A stretch of 63,936 nt of DNA, the filler included, from Porpidia crustulata (lineage: Eukaryota): the NCBI GenBank assembly GCA_964255105.1. It is 3 parts of 3 records of this genome, joined end to end, with 100 filler letters (N's around TTAATTAATTAA, not from the genome) between each part and the next. Parts side by side here need not be neighbours in the genome. Positions count along the whole stretch, not along the records: positions 1 to 23,714 come from CAXUWE010000071.1; 2 more parts are not named here. One strand, 5' to 3'. The position numbers and the translations under genes are program-made. Positions 1 through 12,179 of this stretch are shown here, one piece after another (within the stretch, counting starts at the first letter, position 1; each line of letters begins with the position of its first letter). Under the pieces are notes generated by a model. The model ran no database searches, was not told the DNA's origin, and saw nothing but the letters and a program-made list of their open reading frames with translations.

Positions 1-57
1 GTTCAGCCTAGATGCTATCTCTAGTACTACTTGTTTCCCTATCTCCATATAACCCGA

Positions 58-642
58 TCAAGGGCTTTTGGCCCTGTGGTCCCCGATTCCTTTGCCCTCC
101 TGTACATCGTCCCCTTCAGCGTCATCTCCTTCACCATCACGTCGCTGAGCATCGTCTCTTGGAGAACCACCTTCGTTGGTGGTACGATTGGATGAGATCG
201 GATTGTGTTCGACGACCGTTGGCCATACTTTTTGCCATGTTCTTTGAGTCGAAATGTCTCGGGGTCGTAGCTTGTGCCTTGGAATGCCCGACGACGAGCA
301 ATGCGATTCGTAGCCTCGGACAGACTCGCCCTTTCCGTCGGTACAGTTTCTACTGTCGACTGTTTGCTCTGCAGACTTCATATGAACGAGTGAACCAAGT
401 TTTTGAGCGGGTGACTTGGATTCTGTAATGGCGCTGGCGCTCTTGGCGGAATTGACGGATGATAGTGTCTGTGTCGATGGTAGGAACGGCGCTGGTGGGG
501 CGACTTGAGTTCTGAAAGTCCGTCTGAGAGCTCTGCAAGGGTATTCGACCTGGACGTGGCCTTCGGGCAGTCTGGATTTGTTGACGCCGATGCTTTCATG
601 GTACCTTTTACGAGCTTGGCTGAGGTTGTTGAAGGCGCGCAT
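58..642 (-). CDS. Hypothetical protein (194-aa ORF, acidic C-terminus); the true frame and 5' exons are uncertain
   Basis: Longest ORF in the region, with no recognisable domain. A minus-strand GTAAGT donor near 975-980 and a CACAG acceptor near 692 suggest a spliced transcript. Confidence 0.3.
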   Translation of the reverse strand: MRAFNNLSQARKRYHESIGVNKSRLPEGHVQVEYPCRALRRTFRTQVAPPAPFLPSTQTLSSVNSAKSASAITESKSPAQKLGSLVHMKSAEQTVDSRNCTDGKGESVRGYESHCSSSGIPRHKLRPRDISTQRTWQKVWPTVVEHNPISSNRTTNEGGSPRDDAQRRDGEGDDAEGDDVQEGKGIGDHRAKSP

Positions 643-1307
643 CGTTCATCGAGTTTTGGTGGTCGTGTGAAGTACGCGAAATGTAAGGAAGCTGTGTGAG
701 GTGTTGATCGATCTCATGTTATTGACTCTGCTGAGTTCTCTGTTTACTAGCACCGTCTACCGCATCTTGATGTAGCCAGACAGAAAAGTAAATAGGAGAA
801 TGTTCAAGGACACTTTGTGCATGTTCCAAATCTCAAACGGAAGCTCGAACAGTCTTCATTTAGCCAAATACAAAACATCCAAACAACGCAGCAAATCAGA
901 AAACATGGCTATCTCGTATACTCTGGGTTGATTTGTGCTCCTTTGTAGCTGCGAGCCGTGAAACCAAACAGGGACTTACCAGGGAACCAATGTCCAGAGA
1001 AATCGTTTGAGTGGTTTCCTTTTGCACAGCGCAATTCGACGCTGTTTTGCGGCGCCTAGTGATTGTAACTCAGCGCGACCTCGAGACCATCCGGTCAATC
1101 AGAAGTAAATATTGTGGCTAATGCAATTGAAGCTATCAAAGCGACGGCGCCATAGTATAAGCTTTGACAGAGATCTCCAACGATCAATTGAAGTGGTTAG
1201 TTATTGTGACATGATCATAAACATACGCGCTCAGTCCTGGCCCCACTGGCCCCGTTGGGTCAAAAATATTATCAGATAATGTACAGTGACGCTGCATTAC
1301 AATGCCT

Positions 1308-4300
1308 TCATTTTTTGGCCCTACCCTTGCTCTTCGCAGTGCCTCTGCCCTTGATCGATTTGACGTCTTCCTCATTTTCCTCATCTTCATTTAGTTCGTC
1401 CTCGCTGTCATCCCTAGCTTTGTGTTTTCCATTCCCCTGCGCAGACGCCTTCTTCGAAGCGCTCTTCGCCTTCTTCTTAGAGGCTTTGACATATTTGTCC
1501 TTCTTCAGATCCAGTGGCTTATCATCCTCATCGATGTCTCCATCAGCATCGTCGTCCACGATCTCGTCGCCGTCATCGGCGTCATCTATCGCCTCCTCCA
1601 GATCTGGTTTATCTCTCTTCGCCTTTGGGGCAACAACGGTTCCCGCTTTCATGAATGGCAATGGATGCGAGCGTGTGTTGTAGGTCCGGGTGAATGTGGA
1701 CCGGACTTGTGTAGGGATAGAAATTGACTTCTCGTCCATGGGACCAACTCCCAGTTCCAAGATCGCGTCCCAGTCGTCCTTGGTGAGGAAATAGCTGTCC
1801 ATAAGTTCGATGATCTTTTCTATACCGTCTTTACCTTGAGCTTCGAGCTCTTTGATGATCTTGTACCAAAGGAGCGGAAGATATTGCTGTCTGATTTCAT
1901 GGCGGTCGCCAGATGCTCGAAGGCGCATGTGGCCTTGGATCTCTTTGATGAAACGCATCAGCTTGCCTAGATAAGAATGTTAGTGCACAAGTGATGGACT
2001 AGATGTATGAGTTGTAATACCTTGCTTGCTATTGTTGCCTAACCACGACGTGAACCGGGTCTGGCTGCCGGCTTGGCTGCCGGATACAAAGCTTGCAGGC
2101 CTAACGAAGCCGAAGACGGCGTGGGTCGGCATAAGACTCCACTGTTGTTGCGAGCCATGGATCATGCGATCCACGAGGTCGCCGTCACTGATGCTCTCAG
2201 CAGCTTTGTCCGTGAGTTCCAAGAGCTTGAGGTTCTTCTCTTTTCCCGTGTAGGTGTTAGAAAGCATGGGATTGGTGCCGAGATAGTTCTCCTGCAACAT
2301 GAGCGAGCTGAATTCATGATCGTTAAAGTAGAGCTCGATCTTATCATTCAATGTCGCCTTGCTGCTGGATGCAAACATCCCTCCACCAAGAATCTTGCTC
2401 ACAATATCCCAGGGCTTCAGGATGACGTGCTTCTCCCACGACTTGGACATCTTCTTCCCCTTATCAAAATCCATGGCTTGCTCATCAAGTTTGGCTGTGG
2501 ATAGCATGTTGATGACCTGTCGAATATCCGCATGACTTCCTTCGATCAGAGCATTGGCAACCTGCGGAGAAACCTTTAAGTTCTCGCGGTAGCAGATTGT
2601 CATAATTCTGGATCTTATCTGGTCGACGGTAGGCCTTCTGAAAGGTAAATCATAGGTAACGTTATCGAAGGGTCTCATCTTCGGTAGCTTGCGGTCGTTG
2701 CAGATAAGTATCATGGGTATGTTGGTCTTCTTGCAGACAGCTGCAAGAGCTCCAACGCCACCCCGGTCACCAGCTGACATTCCGTCGACCTCGTCCATGA
2801 TTAAGACAAGTTTCTTCTTGTCGGCATCGACTTTCTTGCCGTCTCCGGCAAAGTAGCCGAGTAAAGAAGTAGTGTCAAGCACGCCTCTGAGGCCAGTCTC
2901 GACCAATTTCTTACTCCTCGTATCACTAGCATTGCTCTCAACAATATCGAAGCCTTCCAGCTTTGCTGCAAGATGAGCTGCCGTGGTCTTTCCAATGCCA
3001 GGCGGACCGTGTAGCATCATGGCTCGATATACCCCGTGACCGTCCTTTCCAGCTTTTTTGAATTTGGTCTTTGCGTTGCCATGCCATGCTCGAAGCCAAG
3101 CCTGTAATTTCTCGACCTGGCCTTTATTACCACATATCATGGTGGTGGCAGTTGGAGCATATTTGACCGTCCACAAGCGGCTGTCAACATCACTCGGACT
3201 GCTCTGGTTGTTTTGACGAGCTCCTGCCGTGATAGCTGCGGATTGCGCCCTTTCCTTGGCCTCCTTTCGCTCTTGCTCTGCCATCTCTTTGGCTTGATCT
3301 TCAATTTTCTTCTCCTCTTTCCTCTGCTGGTCTTTGTATTGTTCCGCAGCCTTGCCGTCTCCACCATGTGCGGGGAGCCTACGGATCAACTCGAACAAAC
3401 CGTCCTCGTTGATAGACTTCAGTTTGTGCTTCTCTATGGTCTCGAGCTTCTTCGGACCGGCGTCATTGCCTAGGACCACATAACTGGTCTTACCACTCGG
3501 AGTCGTGGTAATCTTGCCGCCGTGACGTTTCACTAGCTCTTGTCCCTCTTCACGTCCTAATGCATTCAGTATGCCAGTGAAAACAAATGTCAACCCCGCC
3601 AAACAATTCTCGGCGCCAACGGGTAAGTCCTTAGTACCAGCAGCAGGGGGAGGTTGTGCCCGCGCACTTGCGTTTGCATGGAAGTTGAATTTCTTTGACC
3701 CGTTTGCTGATGGTGGTGTGGGTGGTTTGACCGTTGGTATGCTGTCTAAAATATCGTCAACCGCGGTTTTTAAGGGTGTGCTCTCCTTTCTTTTTTTTGC
3801 CGCAGGCTTTTCGCCTTTGGGAGTCGCCTTGGTGTGATGTTTATTCGCAGGCGTGAGTCGGTCCCCCCCCTCCTCCACCTTCTCCTCATCATCGTCAAGT
3901 TCCACGGATTTTCTTTTGCGGCTTCTCGAAGTCTTTTGCTCCTTGGGAAGCCTGTAATTTTGTATTTCCTCCACATCAGACTTATGCTCCGTCAGATTCA
4001 AGCTATCATCAACTGCTTTCCGCTTCTTGACGGCAGATGGGCCCTTGCGATTCGCTGCAGAAGGACGCTGTGGCAGGATGACATCGTCATTGCTCTCGTA
4101 ACCATCGTTGTCTGCGACACCGTCTTGCTCTTTTTCATATGCTGCTTTGAAGATGTCGTCTCCCAAATCGTCGTCATCCTTTATAACTCTCGAACCTGGT
4201 CGGCTCTCTATGTTGCCTTTCTCGCCATCGTCCTCACCGTCCTGAGCTAGATAATCCGGTTTCGCTTTTTTGCACGAAGATTTGCGGTTATTACTTTGTG

Positions 4301-5043
4301 GCTCTGGTATTGTAGTGACTTTGTTCCGAGGTGGCGTGTTTATAGACGCCGGTTGTAGGGGAATGTCAGCAATCGTTCTCTTGGAAGGGGCCTTGGGTTT
4401 TGTTGGAGTCGAACGCATGGGTTTTGACTTGCCACTGGAGGCGAAGTAATCTGAAGTCGTAGTAATTTCCCCGACTGGCGATTCTCTTTTGCTATAGGAC
4501 GGTACTGGTATTAGCGGTCAGAAACTTGCGGTTCTACTCCGAACACTCACATCTGCTTCTTTGCCGTGGACTTCTTGGGCGGGGTAGTCTTCGCCCTGTT
4601 GAATATCAGAATTGGTGACCCCAATGATCATAGGAGAGCCCATACGACTGTTCTCGAATATCGTCGTCGCTATCGCTTAGGATCTTGCGTTTTCCTACAG
4701 GACCTTAGATCGAGACCATTGCATCTCAAGGTTGTGCTACCTTACCCCTACCCTTTGGCTTTGCTGCTGGTGTCTGGAAATAGTGGGCAGCTACGTCAGC
4801 TTCTGTATCTAAAGAACGTGCCAAGGCTTGGTAATTATGCAAGAATATTTGATATGAGAAGCGGAACATGAGCTAGAAAATAACTGCAGGTGGCAACAAA
4901 TGACTTTGAGGGCGCCTCAAGGAGTACACAGTGAAGTAGATTCATGGTATCACACATACAGCATCCATAATTTTCGGCCTCTCTTGGCTCTGGAACGCCC
5001 TCTCACTAGCCTTTCCACCAAAGAAGCTTCTGATATCCGGCAT
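1308..5043 (-). CDS. RFC1: Replication factor C large subunit (clamp loader), multi-exon
   Basis: Start MPDIRSFFGGK at 5043. BRCT domain (GAENCLAGLTFVFTG), Walker A GPPGIGKT, Walker B MDEVDGM and RFC1 C-terminal domain. Four 5' introns can be traced, and the last intron 1967-2020 (GTATTA..CTAAC..CTAG) joins ORFs 1980-4418 and 1308-1958. Confidence 0.96.
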
Positions 5044-5280
5044 GGTTACTAGCGACAATTGAAGACAAGTCAACGTGTCACCTAGAGAGTAGCCTTGGAT
5101 GCTGTTGAGAGGACCAGCAGCGACCAAGTCGTGGCGCCCCTCAGTCAATGGTTGTAGGAATCTAAACGCGCTCCGCGTGAAATAGCGGGTAGGCTCGGTA
5201 GGGCAGGCTGCAAGCTTTGATTTTGCCCAATCGAGGAACACCTGTGTCAACCTCGCTGGTCGACGTCCATTATTCAAGTC
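5044..5280. promoter_or_regulatory. Compact bidirectional promoter RFC1/MRPL16 with MCB/SCB-like CGCG elements
   Basis: 237 bp between divergent ATGs. AAACGCG at 5164-5170 and CGCGTGAAA at 5174-5182. Confidence 0.55.
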
Positions 5281-6085
5281 ATGCAACCCCGAACATGGCT
5301 TCGTTACTCCTTAACACCTCGAAGAAATGTCTCAAGCCTAATCTGCAGTCGTAGGGCATACCGACTCTGTGATCCATCTATGACGTTTGCTAACACGAAT
5401 ACATACGCAGGCGTTCCTAGCTACGCCTTTCAACCAACAGTCCGCTCTTTCTCCGCAACATCTGCCTCCCGCAGCTGGCTTATTCCCAGGCGTGGCCACT
5501 CCCAGAAAAACCGCAAAGGGCGCCCCCAAATCAATACCGGCGGCAGTGTCAGAGGTACAACCGTAGTATGGGGTGACTACGGTCTTCGAATGCGCGATCA
5601 TGATCGAAGAATTTCCTCTGCGCAGATGGCCACTGCGTATGAGGCAATTAAAAAGCGACTACGAGGTCAGCGGTATCGGTTCTACACAAGAGTGTGTGCG
5701 AATATTGGGGTTTACAAGAGTGGAAATGAATCTCGTATGGGGAAGGGAAAGGGCAGCTTCGATCATTGGGCCAGTAGAGTGGCGGTCAGCAGGATTATTT
5801 TCGAGTTAAAGGGAGACTTGCACGAGCAGATTGTAAGGGATGCATTCCGGTTGGCGGGAAACAAATTGCCTGGTGAGAATTCAATAACGAATCATATGGC
5901 ATTCAGAGCTAACAAGTACAGGATTGTACGAATTTGTGAGGAAGGGAGACCCTCCGGTCGTGGGAATCACGAAGATGACAGCGGGAGTCACACTCGAGGA
6001 TATGAAAAGGCCTCGCCTGAGTCCTCCTCAGAAATTGCCGATGGACATTAATGCTCGTCGATTACCTGCTACGACATCTCCGTAG
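5281..6085 (+). CDS. MRPL16: Mitochondrial ribosomal protein L16 (uL16m)
   Basis: Arg/Ser-rich presequence, GGSVRGTTVVWGDYGLR and RMGKGKGSFDHW motifs. Intron 5873-5921 gives ...KLPGLYEFVRKGDPPVVGITK, stop TAG at 6083-6085. Confidence 0.93.
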
Positions 6086-6142
6086 CAATGACCTTTACTT
6101 CCTACTCTTTGCGGGCGCGGTAAAATCACGTGATCCGTAAGC

Positions 6143-6660
6143 TCAAGCTCCAATCCCCGAACCTTCGCCATAACCTTGCTCTCGCCTGGTCTCTTCAGCA
6201 TTATCCTGCCCGCTTCCTGCACTTGTCGACCCAAATCCGGCTGCTGCACAATGAGTACTCACGTCGTCATACACTCGCGGACTTGACCCGTACGACATAC
6301 CTTGGTTTGCATTTCCACTTGAGGTTGTGGTTTTACCTCCCATGCCTTGCTCAGATATCGCCTGCCCGTACCTCATGTTTGCCGCGGTTCTCTCACCCTT
6401 CTCAGCTTTTGCCTCCTCTTGCTGTGATGGTACAGCGTCTGGCTGTGTTTCTTCATCTAGAAGACTGTCAGTGCTTCCTAGACGGTGAGCGGAGGATTGA
6501 AAATACCAACCTCCGAGCTGGCCCCCATCTTTTGAATGCGGCTTTGTTACTGTTTCTATGGACTCGTACCTGAGTCGAGCGTAAGCGATGACGCAACTTG
6601 AGCTGTGCTGTGAGTCCGGGTTTACTGAGTATTTTCTCCACCTGGCGAGGTGTTCATCAT
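6143..6660 (-). CDS. Small hydrophilic Gly-rich hypothetical protein, about 110 aa, 4 exons
   Basis: Three GT-AG introns splice in frame to MMNTSPGGENTQYESIETV...DEETQPDAVPS...RYGQAISEQGMGGKTT...RREQGYGEGSGIGA*. Confidence 0.65.
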
Positions 6661-6942
6661 TCCGGAAAACATCTTGTCGTGTGTGTACAATAAGGGTAAT
6701 TTCTACGTCTTCTGGGCGACAATAGCATCAAATGGGTGCATGATGGTTATACGATGGATTGTACCGAAATTTCTGTCGATAACGTGAATTAAACTTCGGC
6801 AATGTATGACGTAGCTTGCATCTGGACGGTAAATCGATATTTTGAATAAGGTAGGCAGGAGCATACTGCGTCCTTCAGCACCAGTACCCGCGCGACGCCA
6901 AGCAGACATCAAACCTCAGATCTCAAGCCAGGCCTAGCTTCG

Positions 6943-8250
6943 TCAAAACTCCATACCCATGAGGTAGCTACACGACCGTCAGCTTTAGTGAAACATTCGC
7001 GGAAGCCCCACAGACCTTTCGAATATTCTCATGAATTTCGCAACGAAAGCCTCGAGGTGGAATATGTGTTTCTGGGATCGTTAGGTTAGGACCAACTACC
7101 GTGGGAGGTACTTACACTGCCGAGTCGTATGCGATGTTCGTAGAACGCGGACCACTTGACCACGTCTGCCTTCAGTGCATCGTCGATTTTTGCGACGAGC
7201 TTCCAGGTCAGGGTCTATGGACTGTTAATTACCGGGGATATATTTCGCTGCAGGCCTGCTTCCACACCTTCAAAATTGTTGTCGGTGGTATACAATGGCT
7301 GAGCAAGTCGTAGAGTTTTGCGCGAACTTGCAATATCCTCGCTGGTGTATGTTCATCTAAGATCTCATCTGCGATCTGCGCGACTAATTCTTCCCAATCT
7401 GGTGGCGGTACTGGTGTTTTGTCTGTGACCTTCTCGCTGCAAATTTGTGTCAGCTCTATTGCCTCAGAGGCGGCCGAGCACTGTCCCTACTTCTGGGCGT
7501 GCACTGCCTCAAACATTAGCAGAGCACGTCGTAGGTTTCTCCCGCTATCCTTCGCAATCCTCCTGTTCAGTCCTTCCGCTTCTGACCAACCCTCTGCAGT
7601 CCCAACTTTTTTAAGTACTTTGCATATGTCTGCCTCCGTCGGCGCAGCGACTCTGACTAATAATGTTCGCGATCGGATAGGCGCTATGATATTTGAAGTG
7701 CTGTTCGCCAGCAATATCAATCGCAGATTAGGGCTGTATTTCTCCATTGTCCTCCTCAGAGCGGCTTGGGCATCCCGAGTAAGGTGGTCCGCCTCATTGA
7801 TAACTACAACCTTGAATCGCTGCCTTGCTGATTGATCAACTTGTTGCGTCTGCGCAACTTCCTTGAGCAGATCTTGAACCACGACTCTATCAAAATTACC
7901 AACATCCGAAGGGGTGATTTCAAGATGATAGACAGACGCGACGATGTTAAACTCAAGCTTCCGGTTTGACGTTGTTTGGAACATTCGGGAATCAATCTTG
8001 ATTTTCTCCACGCCGGGGCCATACAATTCTCTCAATGTTGCTACTGTGCGTGTCTTCTTTCCTGCACCGCTAGGTCCATACACCAAGAGATGGGGAAAGT
8101 CTCCGCTCTGCGCCTGGTCAATAGTTTAGTACTGGAGACTGTTGCTAGATTGTAGTGACTTACGAGAGTCCTGAGCCGCTCTGAGAGATCTTCGTGATAT
8201 GTCAACGCCTCCAGAGTCCTAGGACGATATTTGTCCACAAGCAGAGCCAT
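6943..8250 (-). CDS. RFC5: Replication factor C small subunit 5 (yeast RFC5, human RFC3 orthologue)
   Basis: Start MALLVDKYRP, Walker A GPSGAGKKT, VINEAD, SRT motif, and C-terminal HIFHLEAFVAKFMRI...YLMGMEF* after short introns. Confidence 0.95.
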
Positions 8251-8505
8251 AATGTCCGTGATCAATTGTTAATTCTGCGAGATGTTCAAAGGTATCGCGT
8301 CGCGCATTTGAAAAGAAAGTTTCATTTCCACCCCTCATCGGTCTACTGCACCTAAGGTTAGGGCTGTACACCCTTGAAACCCTAACCCTAGATGTAATGG
8401 TCCGATGAGGGGTGGAAACGAGTAGATTGACTCAGCCCTATTGGTACACAATATATCGTTTACGTCGTACATTGACCTATATTAAAGGAAAATCGAGTTG
8501 TAAAA
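8251..8505. promoter_or_regulatory. Bidirectional promoter RFC5/COX11 with an MCB-like doublet and inverted telo-boxes
   Basis: TCGCGTCGCG at 8295-8304, CTAAGGTTAGGG at 8352-8363 and AAACCCTAACCCTAG at 8377-8391. Confidence 0.55.
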
Positions 8506-9444
8506 ATGCCACAGATCTCTTCGATTACACCCAAGAAATACTCCGCATCCTTGCCATGGATATGTGCTTATTGTATTCGAACCTCTCGCCAGCCTGGCCT
8601 TAGATCCCCGCGGGCTATCCGACACCGAAGGCAAATATCAACCACAGATCGTACGAGATATAATGTTGCTCCAACGATGGAGCAGCTCCGGCAGCCGTTT
8701 TACCACAAGAACAATTCAATACTGTAGGCCCAAGTCTTGGTATTTTATCAGCTTCCTGTTGACATGATCAGCTACTACACCATCAGCGTTATCCTCGGAA
8801 CGGTAGCATTATCGTATGGTTCGGTGCCTATGTATAAAATGGTAAACTTCACGTTCGACGGTGGATCTCGATGTTGATGGAAGAACCTAGATATGTCAAC
8901 AGACCGGCTGGGGCGGTCAACCCATCAAAGCCTCCATCCATTCCAACGCTGAAGACCCTGCAATGCGACTCCAGCCAGTGGCTAATCACCGACGCCTTCG
9001 TATCACCTTCAATGGATCCGTTTCGGACGTTATGCCCTGGAAGTTTACTTCTCAGCAGCGTGAGGTTCGAGTATTACCAGGGGAGACCGCCCTCGCGTTT
9101 TACACAGCGACGAACAAAAGCGATGAGGACATCATTGGTGTTGCGACTTACAGCGTTACCCCCGCTCAAGTGGCACCATATTTCAGCAAGATACAATGTT
9201 TCTGTTTTGAGGAACAAAGGCTGAATGCGGGTGAGACTGTTGATATGCCGGTTTTCTTTTTTATCGATCCGGATTTCGTCAATGATCCTACGATGAACAA
9301 GATTGATACAATTACGCTTTCTTATACCTTTTTCAGTACGTACAGCCTTGCTGGCTCGCTTTACCTCGTGAGAGATGCTGATGTCTTGCTGCAGAAGCTC
9401 GATACGACAAGAACGGAAACCTATCCCCATACCCCACAGCTTGA
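8506..9444 (+). CDS. COX11: Cytochrome c oxidase copper chaperone
   Basis: TM segment YYTISVILGTVALSYGSVPMYKM, CQQTGWGG and the copper-binding CFCF motif (KIQCFCFEEQ). Three introns, stop TGA at 9442-9444. Confidence 0.96.
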
Positions 9445-10321
9445 TCAACAAGTCCAGATTCTTGTATGCCAGCGTGTTTTATGCAAAGTACTATTAGCCG
9501 ATGAGGGACGCTATGAATGACCAACTCGTGTCTCAAGACTGCACGATTCTGTAGTTTTCAGGACCTCAATTCAGCATAGGTCTTGCCGTATCATTCAGCG
9601 GTACATACAAATGAGTTACTACTCAGACCTGTAGGATCGCTCTTCTCTCTTAGGCTGACAGTATACAATATGATAGTTGAAGCCCAGAGCTCAAGCCACA
9701 TTATGTACATGATAAAATGTATAAATGCAAGGGAATGCTCAAAGCCGCAGGTTATGCTGCAAAGTGCGGCGAAAGGTCCAATTACTATCCGAACTGACGG
9801 ACGCGGCGATGCCATGCCTCAATTCCCGCCTTATACCGCCCGCGCACGCAACACCGGTGGCAGGTGGCAAGCTCTTAAGATGCGGCTGACCCTTGGTAAG
9901 AAGTTGACCTTGAGAATGATAAGGATGTGGCCAGGTTTGCGATATGCCATGCGGCATTACTCAGAGGCTTTGAGCACCCTAAATATTAGATAAAGTCCAG
10001 TTGAAAATACTGTATTGGAATTTACATTTTGAGCTTTCACTGGGGAACAATCCTCTCAGAAATGCTTGATCTAAAACGTCATGGGCAATGGCCTTCGTCC
10101 CAATGTGAACCTTGGTGTTCTGGTTGCTCGATAGTTTTGCCACGAAATTTGGTTGGCATCATCCAGTATACCACCTGAACCATGGTAGCGGTAATTCCCA
10201 AGGATAGCGCTATGAGTACAATCGTGGACCATTACTATCCATACAGCATAGGTATAGTACAGTGGTTTCTCGCCGCAAGCGTTTTATTACCTCGTACGTG
10301 CTCTTAATTGCTCTGCCTCAT

Positions 10322-12179
10322 TCAATCTAGTACCCTTTGCAACAATCGCCCCAGCAATCCCCTGACCTTCTGGGGGTTTTCTTGAGCCATTGTGAACAGC
10401 ACCGCTATACTCGTCGCAAACGCCAGTCTCTCCCGCCAAAAGTACTAGTACACCATTAGCCCCTGCTACACATTGAACCTTCGCTTCACCTAGGCACGAC
10501 CAACCTTTTCCTCATACATTCTAGGCAATAGTGTAGCCACCGCTCTCGGTGCCACGAACATTGCCACCTCTTGCCTTTTCTTCTCGGCTTCAATCAAGAT
10601 GGAAAAGCCACACAGTGCACAGCCTGCACGGATACACAGACCTTGGTCCCACATCATGGGGCTGATAATCTTAGGGCTGACTAACTTGTAACCTACCTGC
10701 GTGCGAGACAGACAAACGCCGTAGTAGAAGAGACCGATGAAGGCACCCAAGAAGGCCGACGAGCGGAGAGCTTCTTTGCAAGCTTTCTGCAGGGCTTTGG
10801 TAGAAATCGTCCCTCCACGGGCCTTTACCAGAATCTGTAAAGGGAGGTAAGTCGCGAAGGCGAATTTAAACGCTCTGGCGAAGCGAGATACTGCGTGGTA
10901 GTGGCATGATTTCCCAGTACCCATGTGCACCATTTCGCAAGGTAGTGGGATTGTGACTGCCGGATCGCCCCATGATAGGGGCCAGCCGTATTCCTTGCAC
11001 ATGCTCTGTAGGATGGGAGCCACTCCTGTGTCCTTGCCGTAAACGAATTCGCCCCACCGGGCTTTCCTTAGGACTTTTAAAAGTCGATGATCGACTTGAG
11101 CGGCTTCTTGGATCCATTTGTTGTAAGCTCTTGGGAGGCGGTCAGGAACGTATATCCAGGCCCACATCACAGTGCCGGAGCTGATCGCAAAGACGCCTGC
11201 GTCTACAAGACGAGAAATCGCTGCCTCGGTGGACGTCCATCTACTGTTGGCCACTCGTCGAGCTTTATGGCATGACCACAAGTCCCCAACCACGGCTTCT
11301 ATGGCGCGAGTGACGGCGAAGAGAGTTAAGTCCATCGACCTGCCAGATAATAGGGGTGGTAGCGTTTTCGTAGGCCTTGCTACGTTGCGGCTGTCAAATT
11401 TATCATTGGCAGCAGTAGCAGCTACCGCGTTGGGCTGCGGTTGCTTTGCCTGTGATTGACCGCCTCTTTCTCGCGGATAATTCAAGAGTTGCAGGCTGAA
11501 CCAAGCTGAAAGAAACGCGGCAATAGCGCGAGACGCTTGAAGTGAAGTGCTCAATTTGAAGTTCCGTCTTCGGCTTTGTAGAGTTCCTCTTGTACGACCA
11601 AGCAATATTTTCAATGGAATCTGTAGGAATGTATATCCTCCTGCAAGTGCGGCACAGAATGCAGGAAGCTTGTGGAGGGCCATAGACCCGACCAAAATGC
11701 GGTAGAGCTTGAACGATTCGATACAAAAGTTAGTAGAATCCGATGACATAGAGATTTTCAAGGTCACATGAGCGTTCTTCAATGGTGGCTCAGCTGCTTC
11801 TCTGTCCTTTGGATTTAGGGCTTCTGGGGTTGGGCTAATAGATCTTGAACGAGAGGATGTGCGTAGTGAAAGCCCACTTACCGACGCCAGGACATGTGCC
11901 TGATCAAGGCTTTTAGCATAGCAGGAGAACAGTAGGCTTAGCAGCCTCGGACCAGTAGTGGACGCATACGCTAGCCCATATGCTCGCAATATCCTAGGGG
12001 AAAAGAAGGTCAGTAAGATCAACGGCATCAGGACCAGCTTTGCAGCGAGCTTCTGAATGTACGAGCCCAAGGAACAGATTAATATGGAAGTCTTCCGAGG
12101 ATACTCACGGTTTGAGCAGCGCTGAAAATTGTTTGACCGAAACGACAGTCAAGGCCAGGGTCTCATCGACCGCAGCCAT
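10322..12179 (-). CDS. Integral membrane protein, TMEM135-like (probably peroxisomal)
   Basis: Multiple TM segments and GRSMDLTLFAVTRA, PDRLPRAYNKWI, PCEMVH and RSSAFLGAF motifs. Introns at both ends of ORF 10490-12070. Confidence 0.75.

Noticed and set aside
7081..7090. TTAGGTTAGG telomere-like sequence in RFC5
   Set aside because: It is explained as the CTAAC branch site of an RFC5 intron on the minus strand.
9583..9993. 136-aa ORF and GC-rich patch between COX11 and the TMEM135-like gene
   Set aside because: Non-ATG start, no domain and no recognisable ncRNA motifs, so it is probably UTR or intergenic.
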